Shown: piece by piece, positions 1-9,560 of the stretch
Layout: the number at the start of each line of letters is the position of its first letter
Numbering within the stretch: the stretch's first letter is position 1
NCBI GenBank assembly: GCA_015478665.1
Contig: JADMII010000001.1
Span: 183,537 to 247,536 of the forward strand
Reading direction: 5' to 3'
DNA: 64,000 bases
DNA from: Dehalococcoidia bacterium
Lineage (GTDB): Bacteria > Chloroflexota > Dehalococcoidia > DSTF01 > JACRBR01
Program-made: the position numbers and the translations under genes
The notes under the pieces: model-generated
Database searches by the model: none
Told to the model about the DNA's origin: nothing
The model's input: only the letters and a program-made list of their open reading frames with translations

Positions 1-497
1 TGGATACAAGGTTCAAGCCGTCCCTGTAGCCCTTCCGCCATGGCTGTACACCATCACCGCGCGGACAGGACGCACACGAACCGCGTGCCGCGCACCTCGG
101 TGACGGTGCCGACGTACGCTACGCGTTGCCGAATGCACTCCATCACATGGCGCTTGTCCGGTGCGACCGATAGGATCCGCGCGTCATGACCTGACAAGAC
201 GAGTCGGAGTTGGTCTGCACTTATAATCAGTGAACACTTCGTTCCAAGTTGCGGTACGGCGGATGCCGTCGCCCTGAGCGTGACATCGGGGCATGTTGGA
301 ACGACATCCGGTGGTGCCGCCCCGCCGGTGGACTTGATGACCCGGATGGTGTCTGGTCGTGGTCTGCGTGTCCCGGTTCCCATGTGGATTCCCTTCCTTC
401 GCGAAGCCCGGCTACCGGAAGCTCGATTTCGTGTACTATAGACGACGTGTACCGAGTCTGCAACACTCTCGTAAGCTCGTTAGCGCGGGACGCCCCT

Positions 498-872
498 ATG
501 GATCGTGACACATGGTTCGACTCGACCGCGTTCTACGCGGCGCTCGATGGCGAGCGCGTCGCACGCAATATGACGTGGCGAAAGGTCTCGCTTCAGTCAG
601 GGGTTAGCGCTTCAACGCTCACGCGCATCGCGCAGGGAAAGCGTCCTGATGTTGACAGTCTTGCGTCTCTCGCGTCGTGGGCGGCGCTCGACATAGATGA
701 GTTCGTCCGCAGTCGAAGAGAAGAAGCACGTCCAGCATCGCGAAAGCCGACGCCGCTCGCTATGATCTCCACCTACCTGCGAGCAGACCCTAATCTTTCG
801 CCCGAGGCCGCTGCTGCTCTCGACGCCGTTGTCAAGGCAGCCTACGAGAAGCTCAAGAACTCAGAAGCATGA
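498..872 (+). CDS. XRE-family HTH transcriptional regulator
   Basis: MTWRKVSLQSGVSASTLTRIAQGKRPDVDSL HTH; ATG at 498 preferred over ORF-track start 249; ATGA overlap with next gene. Confidence 0.85.
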   Translation: MDRDTWFDSTAFYAALDGERVARNMTWRKVSLQSGVSASTLTRIAQGKRPDVDSLASLASWAALDIDEFVRSRREEARPASRKPTPLAMISTYLRADPNLSPEAAAALDAVVKAAYEKLKNSEA

Positions 873-1426
873 ACTACCGCCGGGGTTTCAAGAAGGAAGC
901 GAACGAGATCGTCAACGAGGTGCGGCGCGAACTTCGCATCTCGCTTGTGGCTCAGCTTGATGCGCATGTGTTGGCGGACTACCTCGGGATCGAAGTCGTA
1001 CCCTTGCGCGAGTTCAGAGGCATCGCGGAGGAAGGTGTCTTCTACTTTCACCGACACACTGAGTTGTTCTCCGCCCTTACTGTCTTCGACGGAACACGCA
1101 GGTTGATCGTCCACAACGAGCGCCATTCGGCTGGCCGTACGAACGCGAACATCGCACACGAGCTGGCGCACGCATTGTTGTTCCACGAGCCAACGCCCGC
1201 ACTGGACAGCGAGGGTTCGAGGAGCTGGAACCCCGACATCGAGTCAGAGGCCGTGTGGTTGGGTGCGGCGCTACTCGTGCCGGAAGCTGCTTCCCTTCAG
1301 GTTGTGCGTAGGGGTGTCTCTATCGAAGCGGCAGCTACATATTACGGTGTAAGCGAGAGCGTCATGGCGCTCCGCCTGAATGTCACTGGCGCTCGTAGGC
1401 GTATCGCTAGGGCCAACCGGCGGTAG
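869..1426 (+). CDS. ImmA/IrrE-family Zn metallopeptidase
   Basis: AHELAH HExxH motif, downstream ESEA..LGAALLVP, C-terminal HTH-like tail; coupled to HTH gene. Confidence 0.9.
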   Translation: MNYRRGFKKEANEIVNEVRRELRISLVAQLDAHVLADYLGIEVVPLREFRGIAEEGVFYFHRHTELFSALTVFDGTRRLIVHNERHSAGRTNANIAHELAHALLFHEPTPALDSEGSRSWNPDIESEAVWLGAALLVPEAASLQVVRRGVSIEAAATYYGVSESVMALRLNVTGARRRIARANRR

Positions 1427-1563
1427 GCACGCTGGTGATCATGCTGGGACACCGGAAACCGCGTCGGTTGGCCTAGCATCGGCACGTTGTGCCGGAAGTC
1501 GCGAACCACTGGCGTCATGCGGAGGAGCAGTCAGCCAGTTAGCTCACCTCACGCCTTTGATGC

Positions 1564-1698
1564 TCATTGCTGAACGGTGAAGCCGTCGTCGCGCAGCGCT
1601 TCCAGCATTCCCTCGAAGAAGACGCCGTTGGCTTTGTAGAGCAGGAGCTTTCCGAACTCGCTGCGCCGGGTGAGGAGTCGGTCTGTCAAGCCGTGCAC
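1564..1698 (-). pseudogene. Possible 44-aa small ORF or gene remnant
   Basis: GTG..TGA frame MHGLTDRLLTRRSEFGKLLLYKANGVFFEGMLEALRDDGFTVQQ with coding-like third positions; no recognisable domain. Confidence 0.3.
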
Positions 1699-1787
1699 TG
1701 GCTCGTTGTCGAGCCTACCGCGCGCGCGGAGTACAGTACGGAGACGCGTAGCTCCCGGTGGCGGGATGGAGGGTGCTGCGAGGGCCG

Positions 1788-3776
1788 ATGCCCGATCACA
1801 GGTACTTCGAGGGACTCATCAAACAGATTGCCGACCTGCTGCGGGGGCCGTACCGCCCACCGCAGTACGAACGCGTCATGCTCCCGATGACCGTGTTGCG
1901 GCGCTTCGACTGCGTCCTTGCCCCGACCAAGCAGCAGGTGCTCGCTGAGTATGAGCGACGTAAGAAGCGCGGTACGAGCGACGACGCGCTCGACATGCTG
2001 CTCAACACTGTCGCCAACCAGCGCTTCCACAACCACTCGCCGTTCGATTTCGAGAAGCTGAAGGGCGACCCTGACAACATCGCGCAGCACCTCGTCAGCT
2101 ACATCAAGGGCTTCTCGCCCAACGTCCGCCGCATCTTCGACTTCTTCGAGTTCGACGGCGAGATTCAGAAGATGCACGAGGCGGACTTGCTCTACCTCGT
2201 CGTCAAGAGGTTTTGCGATGTAGACCTGCATCCCGCGAAGGTGCCGAATGAACAGATGGGTCTCATCTTCGAGGGACTCATACGCTACTACAACGAGCTT
2301 GCCAACGAGACCGCTGGCGACCACTTCACTCCGCGCGAAGTCATCCGGGTCATGGTGAACGTCCTGTTCATCAACGACGACGCCCTGCTCTCGACGCCGG
2401 GGACGATACGGAAGATGCTCGACCCGGCATGCGGCACCGGTGGGATGCTCGCGGAGTCGCAGAACTACCTGCGCGAGCACCACCGTGACGCACGCCTGTA
2501 CGTCTACGGGCAGGACTACAACAAACGCGCCTACGCAACCGCCGCATCAGACATGCTGATGAAGGAAGTTGACCACAACGGCGGCGGCGAGACTATCAAG
2601 TTCGGCGACACGTTCACTGACGACCAGTTCAAGAACGAGACGTTCGATTATCTCCTCGCCAATCCGCCCTTCGGCGTGGACTGGAAGAAGGAGCAGAAGG
2701 AAATCGAAGGCGAGCACGACAAGCTGGGGTTCAGCGGCAGGTTCGGCGCGGGACTGCCGCGCGTGAACGACGGGGCGTTGCTGTTCTTGCAGCACATGAT
2801 AAGCAAGTTCGAGGCGGTCGCGCCGAAGGAGCACAAGTACGGCTCACGCGTCGCTATCGTGTTCAATGGTTCACCCCTCTTCAACGGCGGCGCAGGCTCC
2901 GGCGAGAGCGACATCCGCAAGTGGATTATCGAGAACGACTGGCTCGAAGCCATCATCGCGTTGCCTAACGACATGTTCTACAACACCAACATCGGCACGT
3001 ACATCTGGGTAGTGACTAACCGCAAGGAAGAGCGGCGCAAAGGCAAGATTCAACTCATCGATGCCCGCGAGCGGTGGCACCCCGGTGGGAGCGAAGACTC
3101 GCGCCGGAGCATAGGCGACAAGCGACGGCATCTCTCCCGTCAGGACATCGAGGACATCGTCCGTATCTACGGACGCTTCGCCGAGGACGGCACAAGCAAG
3201 GTGCTCGACAACGCAGCATTCGGATACACACGCGTGACGGTCGAGCGCCCGCTGCGTCTGCGATATCAGATGACGCACGACGCGAAGGCGGAGTTCTCCG
3301 AAAAGTTCCCAGAACTCAACGACGACATCGACGCCATTGACGAGGCCATCGGGCGCAGGCCCAACGCCGACTGGAACGAGGCATGGGCGACAATCAGCAA
3401 GCTGCTCGCCACGCGAAGTGCACGGTGGAAGGTGGCTGCGCAGAAGCATTTCCGCGCGTGCTTCACCCAGCGTGACACCGACGCGACGCCTGTGCGTGCG
3501 ACTGGCCGTGGCGAGGGGTATGAGGCCGATGCGGAACTTCGCGACTTCGAGAACGTTCCGCTGTGCGACGATATCGACGCCTTCTTCGAGCGCGAGGTGC
3601 GTCCGCACTGGCCGGACGCGTGGATGGAGCGCACGAAAGACAAGGTGGGCTATGAAATCAACTTCAACCGCCAGTTCATGAAGTTCATTCCGCCGCGCTC
3701 GTTGGCTGACATCGATGCCGACCTACGAGCAGCAGAAGGAGACATCGTGCGACTGCTCAGGGAAGTCACCACATGA
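1788..3776 (+). CDS. hsdM: Type I R-M methyltransferase subunit (m6A)
   Basis: IADLLRG N-terminus, GDHFTPREV, motif I DPACGTGG, motif IV NPPF, C-terminal KVGYEINF. Confidence 0.95.
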   Translation: MPDHRYFEGLIKQIADLLRGPYRPPQYERVMLPMTVLRRFDCVLAPTKQQVLAEYERRKKRGTSDDALDMLLNTVANQRFHNHSPFDFEKLKGDPDNIAQHLVSYIKGFSPNVRRIFDFFEFDGEIQKMHEADLLYLVVKRFCDVDLHPAKVPNEQMGLIFEGLIRYYNELANETAGDHFTPREVIRVMVNVLFINDDALLSTPGTIRKMLDPACGTGGMLAESQNYLREHHRDARLYVYGQDYNKRAYATAASDMLMKEVDHNGGGETIKFGDTFTDDQFKNETFDYLLANPPFGVDWKKEQKEIEGEHDKLGFSGRFGAGLPRVNDGALLFLQHMISKFEAVAPKEHKYGSRVAIVFNGSPLFNGGAGSGESDIRKWIIENDWLEAIIALPNDMFYNTNIGTYIWVVTNRKEERRKGKIQLIDARERWHPGGSEDSRRSIGDKRRHLSRQDIEDIVRIYGRFAEDGTSKVLDNAAFGYTRVTVERPLRLRYQMTHDAKAEFSEKFPELNDDIDAIDEAIGRRPNADWNEAWATISKLLATRSARWKVAAQKHFRACFTQRDTDATPVRATGRGEGYEADAELRDFENVPLCDDIDAFFEREVRPHWPDAWMERTKDKVGYEINFNRQFMKFIPPRSLADIDADLRAAEGDIVRLLREVTT

Positions 3777-5050
3777 ACCGCGACGTGCGTCATGACGCCA
3801 TCAGACTGAAGTACGCCGCCACCATCAACGATGAGGCGCTAACTGATGCGACTGACGCTGACTACGAGTTGCAGTACCTCGACATTGGCAATGTTGATTC
3901 AGAGGGCCGAACCCACGACATCGCGACGTATCGCTTTGAGGACGCGCCGAGCCGCGCGCGACGGAAGGTCAAGGATGGCGACACGATAATCTCGACCGTC
4001 CGCACCTACCTGCAAGCGATTGCATCTATGCAAGACCCGCCGGACAACCTCGTTGTGTCCACCGGCTTCGCCGTCGTGCGCCCCGTGCCCGGTGTATTTG
4101 ACCCCGCGTACTGCAAGTACGCAGTCCGCGAAGGTAGCTTTCTGCACGATGTCATGGCGCGGTCGGTGGGGGTTAGCTACCCGGCCATCAACGCGTCAGA
4201 ACTGGCTGCGATTAGCATCTTCCTGCCCCCAGTGGACAAGCAACGCACAATCGCCCAATACCTCGACCGCGAGACGCGACGTATCAACGACCTCATCGCA
4301 GTGAAGCAGCGGCTTATCGATGCTCTGGCGGAGAAACGGCGCGCCGTCATCGCGCAGGCGGTCACGCGTGGCATCGACCCGCACGCACCAGTGCGCGACT
4401 CGGGCATCGAGTGGCTCGCCAGCATACCGGCACATTGGGGGGTCGTCCCGCTGCGCTTCCTTGTCAGAATGGTCTCCGGCGGCACCCCCGATACCAGCGA
4501 GCCGACCTATTGGGGCGGCGACGTACCGTGGGTCTCGCCGAAGGACATGAAACAGCCAGAAATCAACGCCTCTGAGGACTGGCTCACCACCGAGGGGGCT
4601 GAGTCCGCCGGTCTTCGCCTTCTCGACCCTGCGCATGTGCTCGTCGTCGTTCGAGGCATGATTCTGGCGCACACGCTGCCTGTGGCGCTGAACACAGTGC
4701 CAGTGACCATCAATCAGGACATGAAGGCCATCCGCTGTGACGAACGGCTGGCTCCCGAGTTCCTCGCTCTTTTCCTGCGCGGCATAGCTCCCTACGTCCT
4801 GTCTCTCGTGACGGAGTCCAGCCACGGCACGCGGAAGCTGCAATCGCAGGTCTTGGGACAGTTACCCATCTATGTCCCGCCGCACGACGAGCAAAGGACT
4901 ATCATCTCGCATGTGCATGCTCAACTTGCGGGACTCGACGATGTATCCGCAGCGACGGCGCAAACCATCGACCTGCTGAAGGAGCGCCGTGCCGCACTCA
5001 TCACAAGCGTGGTGACCGGCGATACTGTCGTACGGCAGAGGGCGCACTGA
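3773..5050 (+). CDS. hsdS: Type I R-M specificity subunit
   Basis: Two TRDs each followed by PP..EQ/KQ..I conserved region; DSGIEWLASIPAHW linker; ATGA overlap with hsdM. Confidence 0.95.
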   Translation: MNRDVRHDAIRLKYAATINDEALTDATDADYELQYLDIGNVDSEGRTHDIATYRFEDAPSRARRKVKDGDTIISTVRTYLQAIASMQDPPDNLVVSTGFAVVRPVPGVFDPAYCKYAVREGSFLHDVMARSVGVSYPAINASELAAISIFLPPVDKQRTIAQYLDRETRRINDLIAVKQRLIDALAEKRRAVIAQAVTRGIDPHAPVRDSGIEWLASIPAHWGVVPLRFLVRMVSGGTPDTSEPTYWGGDVPWVSPKDMKQPEINASEDWLTTEGAESAGLRLLDPAHVLVVVRGMILAHTLPVALNTVPVTINQDMKAIRCDERLAPEFLALFLRGIAPYVLSLVTESSHGTRKLQSQVLGQLPIYVPPHDEQRTIISHVHAQLAGLDDVSAATAQTIDLLKERRAALITSVVTGDTVVRQRAH

Positions 5051-5051
5051 C

Positions 5052-8000
5052 ATGGAACCTGAGCGGCACCGCGAAGGCGCGTTCGAGACGGTCATCGACG
5101 ACCACTTGCTGGCGAACGGATACGCGCGGGTAAACCCGCACGGCTTCGACCGCGACCGCGCCATCTTCCCTGAGCAGGTCATCGCCTTCATCCGCGAGAC
5201 GCAGCCACAGGAGTGGTCGAAACTCGAAGCACTGCACGGCGTGCAGACCGACGAGCAGGTTCTCACCGACCTCTGCAAGTGGATGGACGACAACGGCTCG
5301 CTCGCAACCCTGCGGCATGGCTTCAAGTGCTACGGGCGCACACTGCGGGTCGCCTACTTCAAGGCCGCGCACGAACTGAACCCCGACCTCGAAGCGCGAT
5401 ACGCCGCGAACCATCTCGGCATCTCGCGGCAACTTCACTACGCGATCGGGTCGGAGAACTCCCTCGATGTGACCCTCAGCCTCAACGGTATCCCCGTCGT
5501 GACCATCGAGTTGAAGAACCCGCTGACGGGTCAGAACGTTGACCACGCGATGCACCAGTACCGCTACGACCGCGACCCGCGAGCGGCCATCTTCGAGTTC
5601 AAGCGCCGCACGCTCGTCCACATGGCCGTGGACACCGAGGCGGTCTTCATGACGACCCGGCTCGCGGGCAAGGCCACACACTTCCTGCCGTTCAACAAGG
5701 GCTGCGACGGCGGCGCTGGGAATCCTCACGACCCCGCTGGGCGGAGCTACCGCACCGCGTACCTCTGGGAAGAAGTCCTTCAGCGCGACAGCCTGCTCGA
5801 CCTGCTGGCGAGGTTCATCCATGTGCAGGTGGAAGAGCGACGGGATGAACAGGGGCGCAAGGTTAGAGCCGAGTCAATGGTGTTCCCGCGCTACCACCAG
5901 CTAGAGGCGGTGCGACAACTCACGCAAGCTGCACGCAGTGAAGGCGTCGGGCACAACTATCTCGTGGAGCACTCGGCGGGCAGCGGCAAGAGCAACACCA
6001 TCGGCTGGCTGTCGCACCGGCTCGCGTCTCTGCACGATGAGAAGAACGAGCGCGTGTTCGACAGCGTCATCGTGGTGACCGACCGCGTGGTGCTCGACCA
6101 GCAGCTACAGGACACGATCTACCAGTTCGAGCACAAGCGCGGCGTCGTCCAGAATATAGACGAACGCTCGCGGCAGTTGGCTGAAGCGCTCGAACAGGGC
6201 GTCCCTATCATCATTACGACGCTTCAGAAGTTCCCGTACGTCTCACGCCACTTGCGCAAGATGGCGGAAGAGCGAGGCGAGCAGAGCACGGGCGCCCTGA
6301 AGACGCGGCGCTGCGCGGTCATCATCGATGAAGCGCACAGTTCGCAAGGCGGCGAGACCGCGACGGAACTGAAGGGCGTCCTCGGCGGCGAAGAGCTACG
6401 TGAGAAGGCGAGGGAGCGCGCGGTCGAAGAAGGCGCGGAAGACATTGAGGAACTGTTCCGGGACATGGCGAAGCGGGGACGGCAGGCGAACCTCTCGTTC
6501 TTCGCCTTCACCGCTACACCGAAGCACAAGACACTCGCCGTGTTCGGGCGGAACGGTCAGCCCGCACATCGCTACACCATGCGGCAGGCCATCGAGGAAG
6601 AGTTCATCCTCGATGTGCTGAAGAACTACACCAGCTACAAGACCTACTACCGGCTCCTGAAGTCCGGCGCGGACGACCCGAACGTGGAGCGCAAGAAGGC
6701 CGCGCAGGCGCTGGGCCGCTACATGCGCCTGCACCCGTACAACGTCTCGCAGAAGACGCAGGTCATCGTCGAACACTTCCAAGCGATGACGAGGCACAAG
6801 ATTGGCGGCAAGGCGAAGGCGATGGTCGTGACAGGCTCACGTCTCGACGCTGTGCGCTACAAGCAGCACTTCGACAAGTACATCGCGTCGAAGGGCTACG
6901 CCATCAAGTCGCTCATTGCGTTCTCAGGCACCGTCGTGGACGACCGAGCGCCCAGCGTCACGTACACCGAGGTCGAGATGAACGGCGGCATCCGCGAGAA
7001 GGAACTGCCGGAGAAGTTCGCCACAGCGGAGTATCAGGTGCTGCTCGTCGCCGACAAGTACCAGACGGGCTTCGACCAGCCGTTGCTGCACACCATGTAC
7101 GTAGACAAGCGCCTCGCGGGCATTCAGGCCGTGCAGACGCTGTCGCGACTGAACCGCATGCATCCATTGAAAGAAGAGACGTTCGTCCTCGACTTCGTCA
7201 ACGACCGCGAAGAGATACGCGAGGCGTTCAAGGCGTACTACGAAGGCGCTGAGATGGGCGAGGAAGTTGACCCTGCCCGCCTGTACCAGTTGAAGGGCGA
7301 ACTCGATGCCTCGGGCGTCTATTCACCCGAGGACGTGCAGCGGTTCTCTGCCGTGTACTTCAGGCCGAGGGCCAAGCAGAGCATCGCTGACCATCAGGCG
7401 ATGAACGCGGCACTCGACCCGGCGGTGACGCGCTTCATGGAGCTACAGCACGATGAGGAAGGCGAGGCGGAACTCTGGCGCGGAAAGGTGCAGGGCTTCC
7501 GCAACCTGTATGCGTTCCTCAGCCAAGTCATCCCCTATCAGGACTCCGACCTCGAACGACTCTACGTCTTCCTGCGTCACCTCGCCGCGAAGCTGCCACG
7601 ACGACGCGGGGAGTCCTACCAGTTCGACGACGAAGTCCGGCTTGAGTATTACCGGCTGCAGAAAATCAGCGAGGGGTCAATCTCGCTTCAGGAAGGGTAC
7701 GCGCCACGGCTCGAAGGCCCGAAGGAAGTCGGCACCGGCGTGTTGCATGACGCGCCCGTCCCACTCTCACAACTCATCGACATCGTGAACGAACGCTTCG
7801 GGACAGACTTCAACCAAGCCGACCAGTTGTTCTTCGACCAAATCGTGGAGGCAGCCGTCACCGACGAAGGGCTGCGGCAGGCGGCGGCAGTCAACCCGAT
7901 GGAGCGGTTCCAGTTGGTCTTCAAGAACGCCTTGCAGACCCTGTTCGTGGAGCGCATCGACCAGAACGAAGAGATTTTCGTCCGCTTCATGAATGACCCA

Positions 8001-8150
8001 GCGTTCCAGAAGACCGTCACGGACTGGCTCGCGTCAGAAGCCTACGAACGCTTCCGCAGTCCCGGCGCGGCTGGCGACGAAGACGCGGCACAAAAGGCGA
8101 AGGTCGCAGCGGCCCTACGACGTGTTCAAGCCGAAGCATTCCGCGAATGA
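5052..8150 (+). CDS. hsdR: Type I R-M restriction subunit
   Basis: LDVTLSLNGIPVVTIELKN nuclease motif, Walker A HSAGSGKS, DEAH box, FTATP, QTLSRLNR. Confidence 0.95.
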   Translation: MEPERHREGAFETVIDDHLLANGYARVNPHGFDRDRAIFPEQVIAFIRETQPQEWSKLEALHGVQTDEQVLTDLCKWMDDNGSLATLRHGFKCYGRTLRVAYFKAAHELNPDLEARYAANHLGISRQLHYAIGSENSLDVTLSLNGIPVVTIELKNPLTGQNVDHAMHQYRYDRDPRAAIFEFKRRTLVHMAVDTEAVFMTTRLAGKATHFLPFNKGCDGGAGNPHDPAGRSYRTAYLWEEVLQRDSLLDLLARFIHVQVEERRDEQGRKVRAESMVFPRYHQLEAVRQLTQAARSEGVGHNYLVEHSAGSGKSNTIGWLSHRLASLHDEKNERVFDSVIVVTDRVVLDQQLQDTIYQFEHKRGVVQNIDERSRQLAEALEQGVPIIITTLQKFPYVSRHLRKMAEERGEQSTGALKTRRCAVIIDEAHSSQGGETATELKGVLGGEELREKARERAVEEGAEDIEELFRDMAKRGRQANLSFFAFTATPKHKTLAVFGRNGQPAHRYTMRQAIEEEFILDVLKNYTSYKTYYRLLKSGADDPNVERKKAAQALGRYMRLHPYNVSQKTQVIVEHFQAMTRHKIGGKAKAMVVTGSRLDAVRYKQHFDKYIASKGYAIKSLIAFSGTVVDDRAPSVTYTEVEMNGGIREKELPEKFATAEYQVLLVADKYQTGFDQPLLHTMYVDKRLAGIQAVQTLSRLNRMHPLKEETFVLDFVNDREEIREAFKAYYEGAEMGEEVDPARLYQLKGELDASGVYSPEDVQRFSAVYFRPRAKQSIADHQAMNAALDPAVTRFMELQHDEEGEAELWRGKVQGFRNLYAFLSQVIPYQDSDLERLYVFLRHLAAKLPRRRGESYQFDDEVRLEYYRLQKISEGSISLQEGYAPRLEGPKEVGTGVLHDAPVPLSQLIDIVNERFGTDFNQADQLFFDQIVEAAVTDEGLRQAAAVNPMERFQLVFKNALQTLFVERIDQNEEIFVRFMNDPAFQKTVTDWLASEAYERFRSPGAAGDEDAAQKAKVAAALRRVQAEAFRE

Positions 8151-8223
8151 CGCCGTGTCACCGGCGACCGAGCCTCAGCGACGTGCGTGGGCGATACTCG
8201 ATGCTTGAGAAGCAGCCGGTAGC

Positions 8224-9234
8224 ATGACAAGCGACGGACGGCGAACCGCACCTCGTTGCGCTGACACGGACGCGAAAGTGACCTCGCTGAACTCATGGCC
8301 CTGCGCAGCGCGCCTGAGCACCGAGAGCGACGAACTGCTCGACGCGCCCGAGGGCTGCACCGGTGTTGTGCTCGCTCCTCCCGCTGGCACGAAGAACCCC
8401 GCGATTATGTACTGCTCGGAATACTGCCGTCTGGTCGCTGATGTGGTGCGATACCGCCGCCGTGTGGAGGCCGAGCAGCGGCACAAGCGCGTGCCGGACG
8501 GTGAACTCGTGCTCATCGCCCTCTGGCGCAAGGAGTCCGATGTTATCGCTGGCTCGTTCTATCAGGTACGGCTCACGGCGGACGAACGGGAGGCGCTGTT
8601 TCAAGCGAAGGGACGGTTCTGTGTCCGCTGTGGTGCGCCAGCCACCGACGTAGACCACATCGACCCGGCAGGTGGCAATGAACTCGCCAACCTCCAGCCA
8701 CTGTGTCAGGCATGTCATCTCGACAAGACAACGGTAGATGGAGGCATGCGGAACGTACCGCCAGCCGTAGCGCGCGAGGCTGAGCGGCAACTCATCCGGC
8801 TCCTCAGCCCCACTGTGTTTGCAAGCGCGACCTTATCTGGTATTGGCCGCGTTTGCGTTACGGCGGATGAGCCGTTGGCACGGTACGCAGCCTATTTAGA
8901 GCGCGTGTACGGGATGACGCCGCGCGCATGCGACGACCCCGAGGGTTGGCGCGCGCGTGAGCGCACGATACGCAAGGAACGGTTCGCTGAGTTGCGCGAC
9001 GCTGTTCCGCACGGGTTGACAACCGAGAACCGGCGTACGAACATCGGAGTCACGGCAGGAAAGGAGTCTCAGATGGCACGGAACGAAGTCACGGGCGAGA
9101 AGGCTGGCAAGGCCGCCAGCAAGACGATGCGGAACCCGAAGGCGAACAAGGACGAGAAGTCGGCCGCTGGTAGCGCCCTAACGCAGCGCCCACCGAAGGG
9201 CAAAGGCAAAGCAGCGGGCGGACGCAAGAAGTAG
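8224..9234 (+). CDS. HNH endonuclease with Cys-rich Zn-binding motifs (start uncertain)
   Basis: YCSEYC; CVRCGAPATDVDHIDP..GGNELANLQPLCQACHLDKT HNH signature. Confidence 0.8.
   Translation: MTSDGRRTAPRCADTDAKVTSLNSWPCAARLSTESDELLDAPEGCTGVVLAPPAGTKNPAIMYCSEYCRLVADVVRYRRRVEAEQRHKRVPDGELVLIALWRKESDVIAGSFYQVRLTADEREALFQAKGRFCVRCGAPATDVDHIDPAGGNELANLQPLCQACHLDKTTVDGGMRNVPPAVAREAERQLIRLLSPTVFASATLSGIGRVCVTADEPLARYAAYLERVYGMTPRACDDPEGWRARERTIRKERFAELRDAVPHGLTTENRRTNIGVTAGKESQMARNEVTGEKAGKAASKTMRNPKANKDEKSAAGSALTQRPPKGKGKAAGGRKK
9073..9234 (+). CDS. Small (53 aa) Lys-rich protein nested in frame at the end of the HNH ORF
   Basis: Strong SD GAAAGGAG (9059-9066) before ATG; TTGACA at 9016-9021; MARNEVTGEKAGKAASKTMRNPKANKDEKSAAGSALTQRP. 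Confidence 0.65.
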   Translation: MARNEVTGEKAGKAASKTMRNPKANKDEKSAAGSALTQRPPKGKGKAAGGRKK

Positions 9235-9461
9235 CGCACAGCCGGGCAACATCTAAGCAAACGCGAAGCCCGAGCGTCCGTGCCGGGGCTCCTTCGTTAC
9301 ACCGTGCCTCGGCGGCAGCTTACATCGTCATCGCCCGCGTCCGCCGAGTTACTTCGTTGCAGTGCGACGAGCGCCAACCGCCGGTGCACGACGGGCGGTG
9401 CGAGATGCTCGTCGGGCGCGTCAAGTTGCCGCTTGCCAGTGGCGCTGAAGATGCGTCATTT

Positions 9462-9485
9462 TGACGCCAACGGTGACGCCAACGG
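9462..9485 (+). repeat. Perfect tandem 12-bp direct repeat TGACGCCAACGG x2, probable integrase arm-type sites
   Basis: Seen directly ~75 bp inside the att core; location typical of tyrosine-integrase arm sites. Confidence 0.65.
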
Positions 9486-9560
9486 GGAGCGAAACCGGGA
9501 GACGTAAGGGGACATCGGGCGACATTTCGAATCTGAAGTCGGCCTGTTTGAAGCTGCAAA

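Noticed and set aside
1-497. Genes at the left edge (54-383, 227-511, N-terminal extension 249-497)
   Set aside because: No domain or codon support; the region looks like a promoter-bearing spacer. A gene starting near position 41 on the minus strand cannot be assessed.
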